From Promethearchaeota archaeon (GTDB taxonomy: Archaea; Asgardarchaeota; Lokiarchaeia; Sigyniarchaeales; SOKP01): DNA of 64,000 bases. The stretch lies in NCBI GenBank assembly GCA_048939995.1, contig JBHLOY010000010.1:32001-96000 (forward strand). Reading direction: 5' to 3'. How positions within the stretch are numbered: the first letter of the stretch is position 1; each line of letters opens with the position of its first letter. A model generated the notes under the pieces. That model ran no database searches, had not been told where the DNA came from, and worked only from the letters and a program-made list of their open reading frames with translations. Shown piece by piece: positions 50,021 to 59,484 of this stretch. The position numbers and the translations under genes were made by a program.

Positions 50021-50101
50021 AAAGTAAATTTAAAAGAAAGAATGCTTTTTATTAAGCATATTAAAGCTAATTAATGTTTTTATCTTAACGAGTCAAAATC
50101 G

Positions 50102-52191
50102 GTGATTAATTTAAGCAAAGCTCATAAACATAAGTGGATCATTACTAGTGCTTGGCCTTATGTGAACGCAAATATTTCTTGAGAGCTTTAAGAATTAGCG
50201 TACTTCCACATCTAGGCAACTTAATAGGAAGCACATTATCAGCAGATGTATTTGCTCGCTTTCTACGAATGAAGGGAGATGAAGTATTATTTGTATCTGG
50301 TTCAGATATGCATGGAACTCCCGTAGCAGTGGAAGCTAAAAAAACAGGTGTTTCAGTAGAAGAATTAGCTATAAAAAATCACAATAAAATTAAGGAATTG
50401 CATAAAAAATGGAAAATTTCATTTGATAATTACACTCAAACGCATAATCCTACACATATCGAATTTGTGCAGAAATTTTATTTAGATATCCAAAAAAACG
50501 GATATATCTTAGAAAAAGATATAGAATCCCTTTATTGTGAAAAAGATAACCTTTTTCTTCCTGATAGGTTTGTAGAGGGGATTTGCCCTCACTGTGGAGC
50601 TGAGAAAGCGAGAGGGGATCAATGTGACAATTGCCAGAAGTTATTGACACCTCTCGAGCTTAAAGAATCGTACTGTTCGATATGTGGCGCAAAACCTATA
50701 CTTCGAAAAACTAAACATTGGTATATGGATTTTCCTAGGCTTCAAAATCAATTGAAGAAATTAATTGAAAAAAATGAAATTATCCCTCAAAATGCTCGGC
50801 AAATGTGCTTAAACAGTATCGAGGAAGGTCTTCCTGAAAGAGCCATTACGCGAGATTTAGAATGGGGTATTCCCGCACCGTTTAAAGGAGCTGAAGGAAA
50901 AACGATATATGTATGGTTTGAGGCTGTGTTAGGTTATGTTAGTGCTTGTTTAGAATGGGCTGACAAGCTAAAAAATCAACCAAAAAAATTTGATTACTTT
51001 TGGAAAGATAAAAATACCAAATCGGTTTATTTTATAGGGAAGGATAATATCATCTTCCATTTAATTGTGTTTCCAGGACTCCTAATGGCATATAATGCCG
51101 ATAAAAAGGATTCTGATAAATTAGTTCTTCCATATAACGTCTCTTCTACAGAATGGTTAATGCATGAAAATGAGAAATTTTCAAAATCTAGAGGAATAGG
51201 GATTTGGATTGATGAGGCGTTAGACCTGGCACCATTGGATTATTGGAGATTCAATTTAGTTTATAATCGTCCGGAATCAAGTGATACCTCATTTTTATGG
51301 TCTGAATTTGAAAATAACATTAAGACTTTAAATGATAACATAGGAAATTTCATTCATAGGACATTAACCTTTATTGATAAACAATTCAATAAGATCATTC
51401 CAGAGAAAGTTGAATATGACAAAGTAGATAAGATTTTTGTTGAAAAAATCAATAGAATAGGCGTTGATGTCGGAAAAAGCTTAGATAATTTTAGTTTACG
51501 TAAGGCAATACGAGATGTTGTGAGTTTTGGAAAAGAAGGAAATGTTTATTTAAACGAAAAGGCACCATGGCATTTAATAAAGAAAGATAAAAAAAAAGCG
51601 GGACATGTATTTAATATATGCGCTCAAGCGGTATATGCTTTGGCAGTTCTTTTAAGCCCATTTACTCCTGGGACAGCAAACAAAATTATTTCATTTTTGA
51701 ATGATCCTAAATTATCCGAATCATCTTGGGATAGTATTAATGAAAATGCTGTCAGTGCAGGAGTTAAAATTAAAAGTCCAGAGCCAATTTTTCAAAAATT
51801 AGATATTGAAGAAATAAAGAATAATTTAAATAAAATCAGAGAAGAAAAGCAAAAGGGAGGAAAAATTGAATTGATATCTTATGATTATTTTAAAAAGTTG
51901 GATATTAGAGTCGCAAAAATAGAATCTATTGAGAAGGTACCTAAAGCAGATAAACTATATAAATTAGGAATCGATATTGGGAATGAGAAAAGGACACTCG
52001 TAGCAGGTTTAGCGGAACACTATAAAATAGATGAGCTAATTAATAAAAAAATTATAGTGCTAACAAACTTAGAGCCAAGAAAATTACGAGGAATTCAAAG
52101 TGAAGGAATGCTGCTTGCTGCTGTGGATAATGAAAAGGTATCTATTTTAATACCAGACAAAGAAATTGAGATCGGGGCAAAAGTAGAATAA
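50102..52191 (+). CDS. metG: Methionyl-tRNA synthetase, two exons: 50102-50171 and 50204-52191 (685 aa after splicing)
   Basis: Exon 1 gives [23 protein letters not shown]; exon 2 gives (I)PHLGNLIGS, Zn knuckles, KFSKS and a C-terminal Trbp111-like domain. Confidence 0.95.
50172..50203 (+). other. 32-nt bulge-helix-bulge (tRNA-endonuclease-type) intron in metG mRNA
   Basis: Central 4-bp helix ACGC(50166-69)/GCGT(50198-201), 3-nt bulges AAA and ACT, flanking helices on both sides. Standard cut sites restore the reading frame. Confidence 0.88.
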
Positions 52192-52193
52192 AT

Positions 52194-53438
52194 CTATAAT
52201 TTTAAAGAAAATACTGGATTTAAGCGGGCTATAACTTCTCCTAGATCTAGTTGTAGCATTTTTAAGATTACGTCTCTTCCTCGATATTCAAATTGTAATT
52301 CTTTAACATTCTTAATTATTTTTAATTTATTACGATCTTTTACTAACTCACACACAAAATATCTCTGGTCATTGTATTCCAATATTTTTTTCACATTTTG
52401 AATATCTGGCAAATTATAGCCTCCTCCATGTGCTAAAATATCTACATTTCTCAATAATTCCAATAATTCCAATTTTACCGCTCTTTTTAAAAAATTATTA
52501 TTTTTTAAGGTTATCTCTGAAAGATTTTTCTGTCCCATAAATAGATAACAAGCCATATCTGCTCTAAGAGCGGTAGGAAAAACATTGGAGGTGATATACT
52601 TACAATTGAGATCAGTACAATTACTCCCTAAATACATATTATTATAATCTTTTAAAAACTGGTGTGGTTGATTGCAAATTATTTGAAAATCATTACCAAA
52701 TAGATGATTTGCAATGAGTAATCTTTTTCTGCTTGAAAAATTCAGAGCTTTTTTATTAAAATCTAAGTACTCATCAGCCTCAGAATCAATAAGGATATAT
52801 TGTTTTCCAAAAATGGTATTCTCTTCTAATGCATGTTCTTTTAATGTTTTAGATTGATCAATATACAAACCAATTCCATGTTTATCATCTCTGAATTCTG
52901 GAGCAGAACCATGTATAAAAAAAGTATATGGTGGAAAATCAATATCAGTTAGATTTTTAGTTTTAAAACAATTAATGAAATGGTTTGAGATCCCATAGTC
53001 CCAATTAATTAGAATGTCTTTATAATATAATTCTGTGGATTTTATTTCATCAATCTTCTTAATAAGATCATAGGGGTCTGGTAGTTCATATAATCCTCCA
53101 CATAATATACCACAACAATTAGGTTTTATATTTAGAAAAATTAATTTTTCATTTCCAGATCCCCAATTTAATCTACCGCCATATCCGAGACCAGAATTCC
53201 ATCTGAAATTATTTTTTGATATTGTTTCATCTGGAGAGGAGATAAATGCTGCTTTAGGTTCAAACCCATATTTTTCTTGAATAAGTTGAAATTGAGCAAG
53301 TCCATACTTCATATTAGCTCTACATAGTTTTGAAGCGCCATCATTTAAACCAGTTGAAAAAATAAACTTTTCTGCTCTACTTAGTAACTCAACTTTATCC
53401 ATTTGAGATAAATTCTCAGAAATACTAGAGGTCGCCAT
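52194..53438 (-). CDS. Divergent RtcB-family RNA ligase
   Basis: Ordered motifs PD...G..GG, NCCG, SNHF, HGS, HQ, HGGG and C-terminal EVIARLNPVFSLK match the RtcB order PDxH, DINCG, GNHF, HSGS, HN, HGAG, V..L.P....K. Confidence 0.75.
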   Translation of the reverse strand: MATSSISENLSQMDKVELLSRAEKFIFSTGLNDGASKLCRANMKYGLAQFQLIQEKYGFEPKAAFISSPDETISKNNFRWNSGLGYGGRLNWGSGNEKLIFLNIKPNCCGILCGGLYELPDPYDLIKKIDEIKSTELYYKDILINWDYGISNHFINCFKTKNLTDIDFPPYTFFIHGSAPEFRDDKHGIGLYIDQSKTLKEHALEENTIFGKQYILIDSEADEYLDFNKKALNFSSRKRLLIANHLFGNDFQIICNQPHQFLKDYNNMYLGSNCTDLNCKYITSNVFPTALRADMACYLFMGQKNLSEITLKNNNFLKRAVKLELLELLRNVDILAHGGGYNLPDIQNVKKILEYNDQRYFVCELVKDRNKLKIIKNVKELQFEYRGRDVILKMLQLDLGEVIARLNPVFSLKL

Positions 53439-53461
53439 AGAATACGAAAATTTCTTCTTAT

Positions 53462-53491
53462 TAAACCTAAATTATATAAACCTAAATTATA
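53462..53491. repeat. Perfect 15-bp tandem direct repeat in the divergent promoter of the RtcB-like gene
   Basis: TAAACCTAAATTATA x2. Confidence 0.8.
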
Positions 53492-53578
53492 ATAATTATT
53501 TCGTTGATATATAATATTAATGCATGTTAGTTTCAAATTTAATCATATGATCTATTAAATATTACTCTGCAAAACACT

Positions 53579-54196
53579 ATGAATATTCTATACGATTCAT
53601 TAAAAAGAATAAAAATGAATGGAGATTTTGAAGGTTCGATCATTACTAAATGTAATGACAAACCTAATTCATTAATTTTCTCAGACAATATGAAAGTTAC
53701 AGATAATGAAGGGATATTCATAACAAAAGGTTTAAAAGTCGGCTTTGAAAAGGCTTACAATAAAAGGTCTGCCTACTCAAAAGTAATGGATTTTCACTGG
53801 AATGAAAACCTATCAAGAATTCAATACTGTGTCCAAATCCCTGAGGATATAATGCATCTCTATTCCGAAGGTCAGTTTTCGGATACTTTTCCTTACACAT
53901 TGACTCTTCTTCATACCGCAGCATTATTTTTAGATGATTATGAGTCAAAGATTAATCATTTGGAATTTTTCAAAGGTGAAATACTTAAAAATCCCATTTG
54001 CCTTATAATGAATGGAATTTTAATTGCTGATAGAGTTGTTATTAATCATAGAGGAGATCCAGTTTTTTATGATTGTCTAATTATCGGAAGGGATAAAAAT
54101 GATGATTTAAAAATAAGCTATGAGCCTTTAACAAATGTTGATGATAAAGTAGTCAAATACATAATAATCCTCGGTATTGAAGAATTAAGAATTTAA
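53579..54196 (+). CDS. Hypothetical protein
   Basis: 205-aa ORF, 4 bp upstream of the ATPase gene; no recognised motif. Confidence 0.65.
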   Translation: MNILYDSLKRIKMNGDFEGSIITKCNDKPNSLIFSDNMKVTDNEGIFITKGLKVGFEKAYNKRSAYSKVMDFHWNENLSRIQYCVQIPEDIMHLYSEGQFSDTFPYTLTLLHTAALFLDDYESKINHLEFFKGEILKNPICLIMNGILIADRVVINHRGDPVFYDCLIIGRDKNDDLKISYEPLTNVDDKVVKYIIILGIEELRI

Positions 54197-54200
54197 AGCG

Positions 54201-55442
54201 TTGTTTATGTTATTATTTGAAGATAAAAAACGGATGGTCCTCAATTTCTTAAAGACAGGGATAAATCCCTTTGAAAAGTTTGTAAGTACTGGTGAAATTA
54301 GAGAAGATTTAAGTTTGGTTAATTCCAGAAAAGACTTATTAGAATCAATTATCAATGTTATAGAAAAAAAGAAAAACTTCATTTTACCTATAATTGGTGA
54401 TGTAGGAATTGGAAAAACCCATTTATATTGGGCTTTAAAAAATAGTCTTTACTACTTCAATACGATTCATATTTCACTTGAAAAGGTATATAAGAAATTC
54501 TTTTATAATACTTATTCAGAATTCATTGAAACGATTGAAGTTGAACCATTGCGAAACATTATTAATCAACTTTGTAATAGCTGGGGGGCATTAAAAAGAA
54601 AATATGGATTCTTTCATGTTGCAGACCTCGAAAAAGTGAAAAGAGAAGCATATGAAAAATTAAATGAAAATTTTTCTGCAGATGAGAAATTAGCATTATT
54701 TGATGTAATCACAGGTATAACCACACATCAACTAGATCCTTATAAAAGAATTGAAGCGGAAAGATGGTTATTAGGCGAACTGATGAATGTAAGAGAGTTA
54801 GCTCACCTTAATCTAAAATCTGATCTAAGCAAAAGCAAACATGCTTATATAATGCTCAAAATACTAATTGAAAATTCGAAGTTAGGTACAGTTTTATTTA
54901 TTGATGATTTTGAGAAGATTATTTCAATCCCAAAGTTATTGGGAGCAGATGATGATGAGGATGAGGTTTTTGACAGAAGTTGGCTCTATGGTAAGAAACA
55001 ATCACCCGATGAGTTTGTAACACAAAAAGTTCTCGAGAAAATTCTTAAATTACAAAGAATCGAAGATCTACGTATATTAATTGTTTTAAGATCACTCGAA
55101 TCATTAGAACAAGTTAAAAAAAAGATAAAGAAAGCTAAAACTCCTTTGACTTTGGAATTCCTAGAACCATTTCGACTACAAAATTTTACTAGGGAAGATA
55201 TTGATGAATTTTATCTAAAGACTATGGAGATCTTCCTTCAAAATTTTAATTATTTACATTTTTATGATGACTTCCCAAATTCTATCTTTCCTTTAACTGA
55301 AGATATTTTAGAAACCATCTATTCCAAAACAAAAGGTAATCCAAGGGGAATATCCAAATTTCTCATAAAAATTTTCAATGATATTATTTCTTCTCATGAA
55401 GGACTGAATATAATCTTACAAAATTATAAAGATTCTAATTAG
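54201..55442 (+). CDS. AAA+/P-loop ATPase (DUF2791/BrxD-like)
   Basis: NPF at the N-terminus, GDVGIGKTH, AERWLLGE, LFIDDFE, GNPR. Confidence 0.75.
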   Translation: MFMLLFEDKKRMVLNFLKTGINPFEKFVSTGEIREDLSLVNSRKDLLESIINVIEKKKNFILPIIGDVGIGKTHLYWALKNSLYYFNTIHISLEKVYKKFFYNTYSEFIETIEVEPLRNIINQLCNSWGALKRKYGFFHVADLEKVKREAYEKLNENFSADEKLALFDVITGITTHQLDPYKRIEAERWLLGELMNVRELAHLNLKSDLSKSKHAYIMLKILIENSKLGTVLFIDDFEKIISIPKLLGADDDEDEVFDRSWLYGKKQSPDEFVTQKVLEKILKLQRIEDLRILIVLRSLESLEQVKKKIKKAKTPLTLEFLEPFRLQNFTREDIDEFYLKTMEIFLQNFNYLHFYDDFPNSIFPLTEDILETIYSKTKGNPRGISKFLIKIFNDIISSHEGLNIILQNYKDSN

Positions 55443-55446
55443 GAAT

Positions 55447-56181
55447 TCACTTTCTATTTAAAAGTATTCTTTGAAAAGATTCTATCTCTTTTACGAATAA
55501 ATTTTGATATTCATCTATCCAATCAGCCTTCAATACTTTTTCTTTAAAGGTCTCCAAACTAGTTATAAAATCAAAATATTCAATTAAGAGAGTTCTAAAT
55601 GAGTTTTTTGTTAATAATGTGTAATTTCTATTGGTATTTAATATATTAAATAAAGCGATCTCATCCTTAATATGATTCTTTAATACTCGAATACTGTACT
55701 CAACAATTTCTAAATTGCTGACATCAATTACTTTAATTATGTTTTTAATAATGATATTTGGTACATGCTTTAACCTTCTTAGGAGTTTTAATGCATTCAT
55801 TTTAGTAGGGATATAATCTTCAAGTACAGCATAAGCTAATATAGTATAAATCTCACTTGAAACCTCATGTTTATCAACAATTTTCCCTAGACTTTGAATA
55901 ATTTCATTTCTAATCCATCGATCAGAATCAAAATAAGACTTTATCAAATATTCTATATACTTACTTTCAAGAATATTATTCTCTCCGATTTCGCCTATAA
56001 GATAAATTAGGTTTAACTTAACTTTCTCTAAAAGTGAACCTTTTGCGTTTTCAATAAGATAATCAAAGTAAATTAAATCTTCTCTTTTGGCCCTTCTACT
56101 TGCTTCAATCAAAAGATTATTAATTGAATCAAAATCCTCATTTTTTATAGATTCTAAGAAGAAATTGTGTTTTTCTAGCAA
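55447..56181 (-). CDS. HEAT-repeat protein
   Basis: DSDRWIRNEIIQSLGKI-type helical repeats. Confidence 0.7.
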   Translation of the reverse strand: MLEKHNFFLESIKNEDFDSINNLLIEASRRAKREDLIYFDYLIENAKGSLLEKVKLNLIYLIGEIGENNILESKYIEYLIKSYFDSDRWIRNEIIQSLGKIVDKHEVSSEIYTILAYAVLEDYIPTKMNALKLLRRLKHVPNIIIKNIIKVIDVSNLEIVEYSIRVLKNHIKDEIALFNILNTNRNYTLLTKNSFRTLLIEYFDFITSLETFKEKVLKADWIDEYQNLFVKEIESFQRILLNRK

Positions 56182-56305
56182 AATTTATCTTTTTTAATTA
56201 GGATTAATTTATATTGGAGAAAATTATTCTATAAGATTTAAATATGCTTTAATAAATATTAAAAAAATTGACCAAACAAATTTAAATATTTAAATCTCCA
56301 TTTGA

Positions 56306-56599
56306 TTTACAAATTTCATATCTTACAATACTGCTAACTTTAATAATCTTGGAGTTTATTTGGATGCGAGTAATGACAATTTTATCTTGTATAATAACGT
56401 AGCAAGCAATATAGTTTGCTTCAATGAAACTGGAGGTACGGGAAATATATTCGAGGGGAATACATGTATTGCTATTGCACCTGCTATGGATCCTTTTGTA
56501 CTTGGACTTATTATAGGTCTAGTAGTTGCTGGAGGAGCTTTCGGAATTGCGATTGGTGCAACTTTTTTTATCAGAAAAAAAAAAAGAACTAAAGAATAA
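56306..56599 (+). pseudogene. C-terminal remnant of a NosD/parallel beta-helix surface protein with TM anchor
   Basis: The frame upstream of the TTG reads NFISYNTANFNNLGVYLDASNDNFILYN (beta-helix repeat) back to a TGA at 56303. No signal peptide. Confidence 0.6.
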
Positions 56600-56638
56600 A
56601 TTCGAAATTTAAATTTTCATTTTTTTCTTAATAAATTT

Positions 56639-57214
56639 TTAGCTTTCATAACCAATTGGTATAATATATAGAGGCTCAATATCCTTTGGAAGACTTAAAA
56701 CTTGCTTGACACTTTCATCGTTATAGGCTCCAATTGGTACAGAGGCTAAACCTAAAGCAACTGCTTGTAAATGTATATTCTGAGCACAATGCCCCACTTC
56801 AATTAAAACATATCTTACTCCTCTTTTGCCGTATACTTGAGTAGTTCTTGAAAATCGAGCGCAGATGATTATGTTAACATAAGCCTCTGCTATAAAATAT
56901 TGGTCTAAAGATGCCTGAACTAATTTTTTAATTAAAAAGTTATCAGTTAACATTTCTAACATATGCTTTTCAATATTATAATGGAAAAGACCTTTATCTC
57001 TCAAAGTAACATAAATTTCTAACGGATATGTTGCTCCTGCTGAGGGAATAGTTCTCTTTGTACCCTTCTTTCCCTGTGCTGCCCATAATATTTGAGAAAT
57101 TTTCTCTATTTCGATCTCTTTGCTTCTAAATCTCCTTATACTTTCTCTCTCATAAATAGATCTTTCAAGACTAACAGTACCATCGAGTTTTGGAGATGGA
57201 AGTGTGATATTCAT
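56639..57214 (-). CDS. Nitroreductase-family protein (SagB/ThcOx-like)
   Basis: RESIRRF, PSAGATYPLE, EVGHCAQN, IGAY. Confidence 0.92.
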   Translation of the reverse strand: MNITLPSPKLDGTVSLERSIYERESIRRFRSKEIEIEKISQILWAAQGKKGTKRTIPSAGATYPLEIYVTLRDKGLFHYNIEKHMLEMLTDNFLIKKLVQASLDQYFIAEAYVNIIICARFSRTTQVYGKRGVRYVLIEVGHCAQNIHLQAVALGLASVPIGAYNDESVKQVLSLPKDIEPLYIIPIGYES

Positions 57215-57287
57215 TTTTAATAAGGAATTATTAATTATTTCTATGATAATAAATGTATTTTATTCTAATAAACTAATTAATATTCTT

Positions 57288-57650
57288 ATGAGCTCAAAAT
57301 TAAATTTAGAAAAATTATTCAAAGAATGGAATGAGTTAAACTCTTCTGCTGAAGAATCTTTCGGACAATTCAATTTCTCAAAAATTAAGGAGATTAGGGC
57401 AAAGCAGAAAAAACTTGAGGATACAATATATGAAATACTGATACAAAATGCTCCAGATGAATTTAAAGCTTTATTACCAGATGACTGCGGTCAATTGGAA
57501 GTAGGTTATGATACAGAAGGAGATATTTTTTATTTTGTAATGATGGACCCAAATCTAAATGGTGAAGATGCAATTAAACTAATTGCTTTCACTATTGATA
57601 TTGAAAAAAATGTGAATCGTATTAATGATTTCAAAATAGAAGATTCTTGA
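57288..57650 (+). CDS. Hypothetical protein
   Basis: Likely start MSSKLNLEK (ORF track starts at 57204); acidic soluble protein. Confidence 0.65.
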   Translation: MSSKLNLEKLFKEWNELNSSAEESFGQFNFSKIKEIRAKQKKLEDTIYEILIQNAPDEFKALLPDDCGQLEVGYDTEGDIFYFVMMDPNLNGEDAIKLIAFTIDIEKNVNRINDFKIEDS

Positions 57651-57843
57651 TTTTTGGTCGGAGATATAGGATTCACAGTGCAAAGCATGATATTCTTAAT
57701 CATTTTATATCATGATCCTACTTTAGATGTGATCCAACAAATTTTTTCACTGACTTGTTGGAAATTATTATCTGTATTCTATTAATTATCCAATTTCTGA
57801 TCGAATACTTCAAAAATAAAAAAAATAGAATAAATATACAAAT

Positions 57844-59373
57844 TTAAAACTTATCTGAATCTTCATACCAGTCGGGGTACCATTCATAATATTCTCTTGG
57901 AAATGAATCCTTTAAACCAGTATAGGTTGCTTTAACTAATATAACTTTACCTGATTTATCTCGATGTGCGACTATAAGCTTTTTTTCCTCTAAAATTTCA
58001 AATATTTTTTTAATAGCTGAACGGCTTCCTCCAATATCTTCCCTTACATCTTCAATAGTCATATATAATCCTGGATTAACTTTGTAATCATGAGCAATTA
58101 CTTTTAATACATTTTCCTCATTCACTTCCATTCCATTAAATTGTGACTTTTTCTTAGAAATAATTGGAGCGTTGACTTCATCATTCCATCTAATTCTCAT
58201 TGAAGCATTATAAGAAGGAAGCATGGAAGAAAATCTATAAACTATCATTTTTTGTATTTCTGTAGTCCCAGCTACAATTTCCCCTATTTTACCCTCTCTT
58301 ACCAAACGCTCCATCGGATAAAATCTAGTAAGCCCATCTCCTCCCATGATTTGAACTGCTTTAGTACCTGCCTCTCTAATATATTCACTGATCACCCATT
58401 TTGCGACTGAAGCGTCAATCATGGGCTCAAGACCGTCATCTAATTGTTTAGCACAATTATAAGCAAATAATCGTCCCATTCGATATTTAGCAATAATATC
58501 CGCAATCTCATTTTGAATTCCTGAGAATTGATTTGTAGTCTTATTAAATTGAACTCTCCTTTGAGTATAATAAAATAAAACCTTAATAATATCCATTAGA
58601 GTGCCTACATATACAGCACCTGCTATCAAGCGTTCAAAATTCAATCCCGCCATCATTACATTCCATCCTTTCCCAACAGGACCAATTCTGTTTTCATCAG
58701 GAATTCTAACATCTTCAAAACTTAAATAACCATTTGGTACATTATCAAATCCGACGAGTGGATTGATTCGTTCCAAATGAAATCCTGGAGTTCCTTTTTC
58801 AACAATAAAAGAAGTAATATGACCATATTGTTTCCTTAGACTTGGATCTTCGCTAGTTTTAGCATAAATAAAATATCGATCTGAAACTCCTGCCCCTGTA
58901 ATATATCTTTTTTTACCGTTTATTACCCACTCGTCTCCATCTTTTATAGCAGTAGTCATGACATTTGCTGCATCAGATCCCGCGTATGGTTCAGTAATAC
59001 ATACGGCTCCTAGTTTATCCCCTTTAGCTAACTGTGGCAACCATAACTCTTTTTGTTCATCTGAAGCATACCTTAAAATTTGCTCCAACCCTGCAAGCAT
59101 ACTAACAACAAAAACGTGTCCAACAGCGTATAATCTTCCTAATTGCTCTGCTACTATACAGGCTCCAGTAGCCCCTAGCTCAAGTCCCCCATATTGCTTT
59201 GGAATTCCTGCACCAAAATATCCTTCTTCAGCTACTTTCTTAACTAATGGCCAAGGAAATTTTTGTTTCCAAAAATAATATTCCGCATCTTCAAATAGAT
59301 TATCCGCAAACTTTTCAACTTTTAGTGCGAATGCCCTTTGTTCTTCATTCCACCAAAAAAAAGGCTCAGACAT
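57844..59373 (-). CDS. Acyl-CoA dehydrogenase with C-terminal winged-helix-like extension
   Basis: TEPYAGSD, NGKKRYIT, RVQF, GGDG, GTTEIQK, plus about 125 extra aa. Confidence 0.92.
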   Translation of the reverse strand: MSEPFFWWNEEQRAFALKVEKFADNLFEDAEYYFWKQKFPWPLVKKVAEEGYFGAGIPKQYGGLELGATGACIVAEQLGRLYAVGHVFVVSMLAGLEQILRYASDEQKELWLPQLAKGDKLGAVCITEPYAGSDAANVMTTAIKDGDEWVINGKKRYITGAGVSDRYFIYAKTSEDPSLRKQYGHITSFIVEKGTPGFHLERINPLVGFDNVPNGYLSFEDVRIPDENRIGPVGKGWNVMMAGLNFERLIAGAVYVGTLMDIIKVLFYYTQRRVQFNKTTNQFSGIQNEIADIIAKYRMGRLFAYNCAKQLDDGLEPMIDASVAKWVISEYIREAGTKAVQIMGGDGLTRFYPMERLVREGKIGEIVAGTTEIQKMIVYRFSSMLPSYNASMRIRWNDEVNAPIISKKKSQFNGMEVNEENVLKVIAHDYKVNPGLYMTIEDVREDIGGSRSAIKKIFEILEEKKLIVAHRDKSGKVILVKATYTGLKDSFPREYYEWYPDWYEDSDKF

Positions 59374-59484
59374 AATATATTTCTCTTAATATAATAATTT
59401 TAATAGATTATATTGAGTCATAATAATTATTAAATCTAAAACTTTAGCATCTACTTTAATGTAAATTTTGTAGAAAAAAGAATT

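Noticed and set aside
50152-50205. ORF-track N-terminus of MetRS (MALCERKYFLRALRISVL, from TTG 50152)
   Set aside because: It lacks the conserved TSAWPYVN strand, which is encoded in another frame from GTG 50102. It is an artefact of reading through the intron.
50170-50205. Simple sequencing frameshift or programmed ribosomal frameshift in metG
   Set aside because: A 1-nt shift would leave about 10 extra residues inside the PYVN-x-x-PHLGN motif. A precise 32-nt BHB excision explains both frame and spacing.
54201-55442. Complete BREX defence system
   Set aside because: Only a BrxD-like ATPase resemblance; no pglX, pglZ or helicase nearby.
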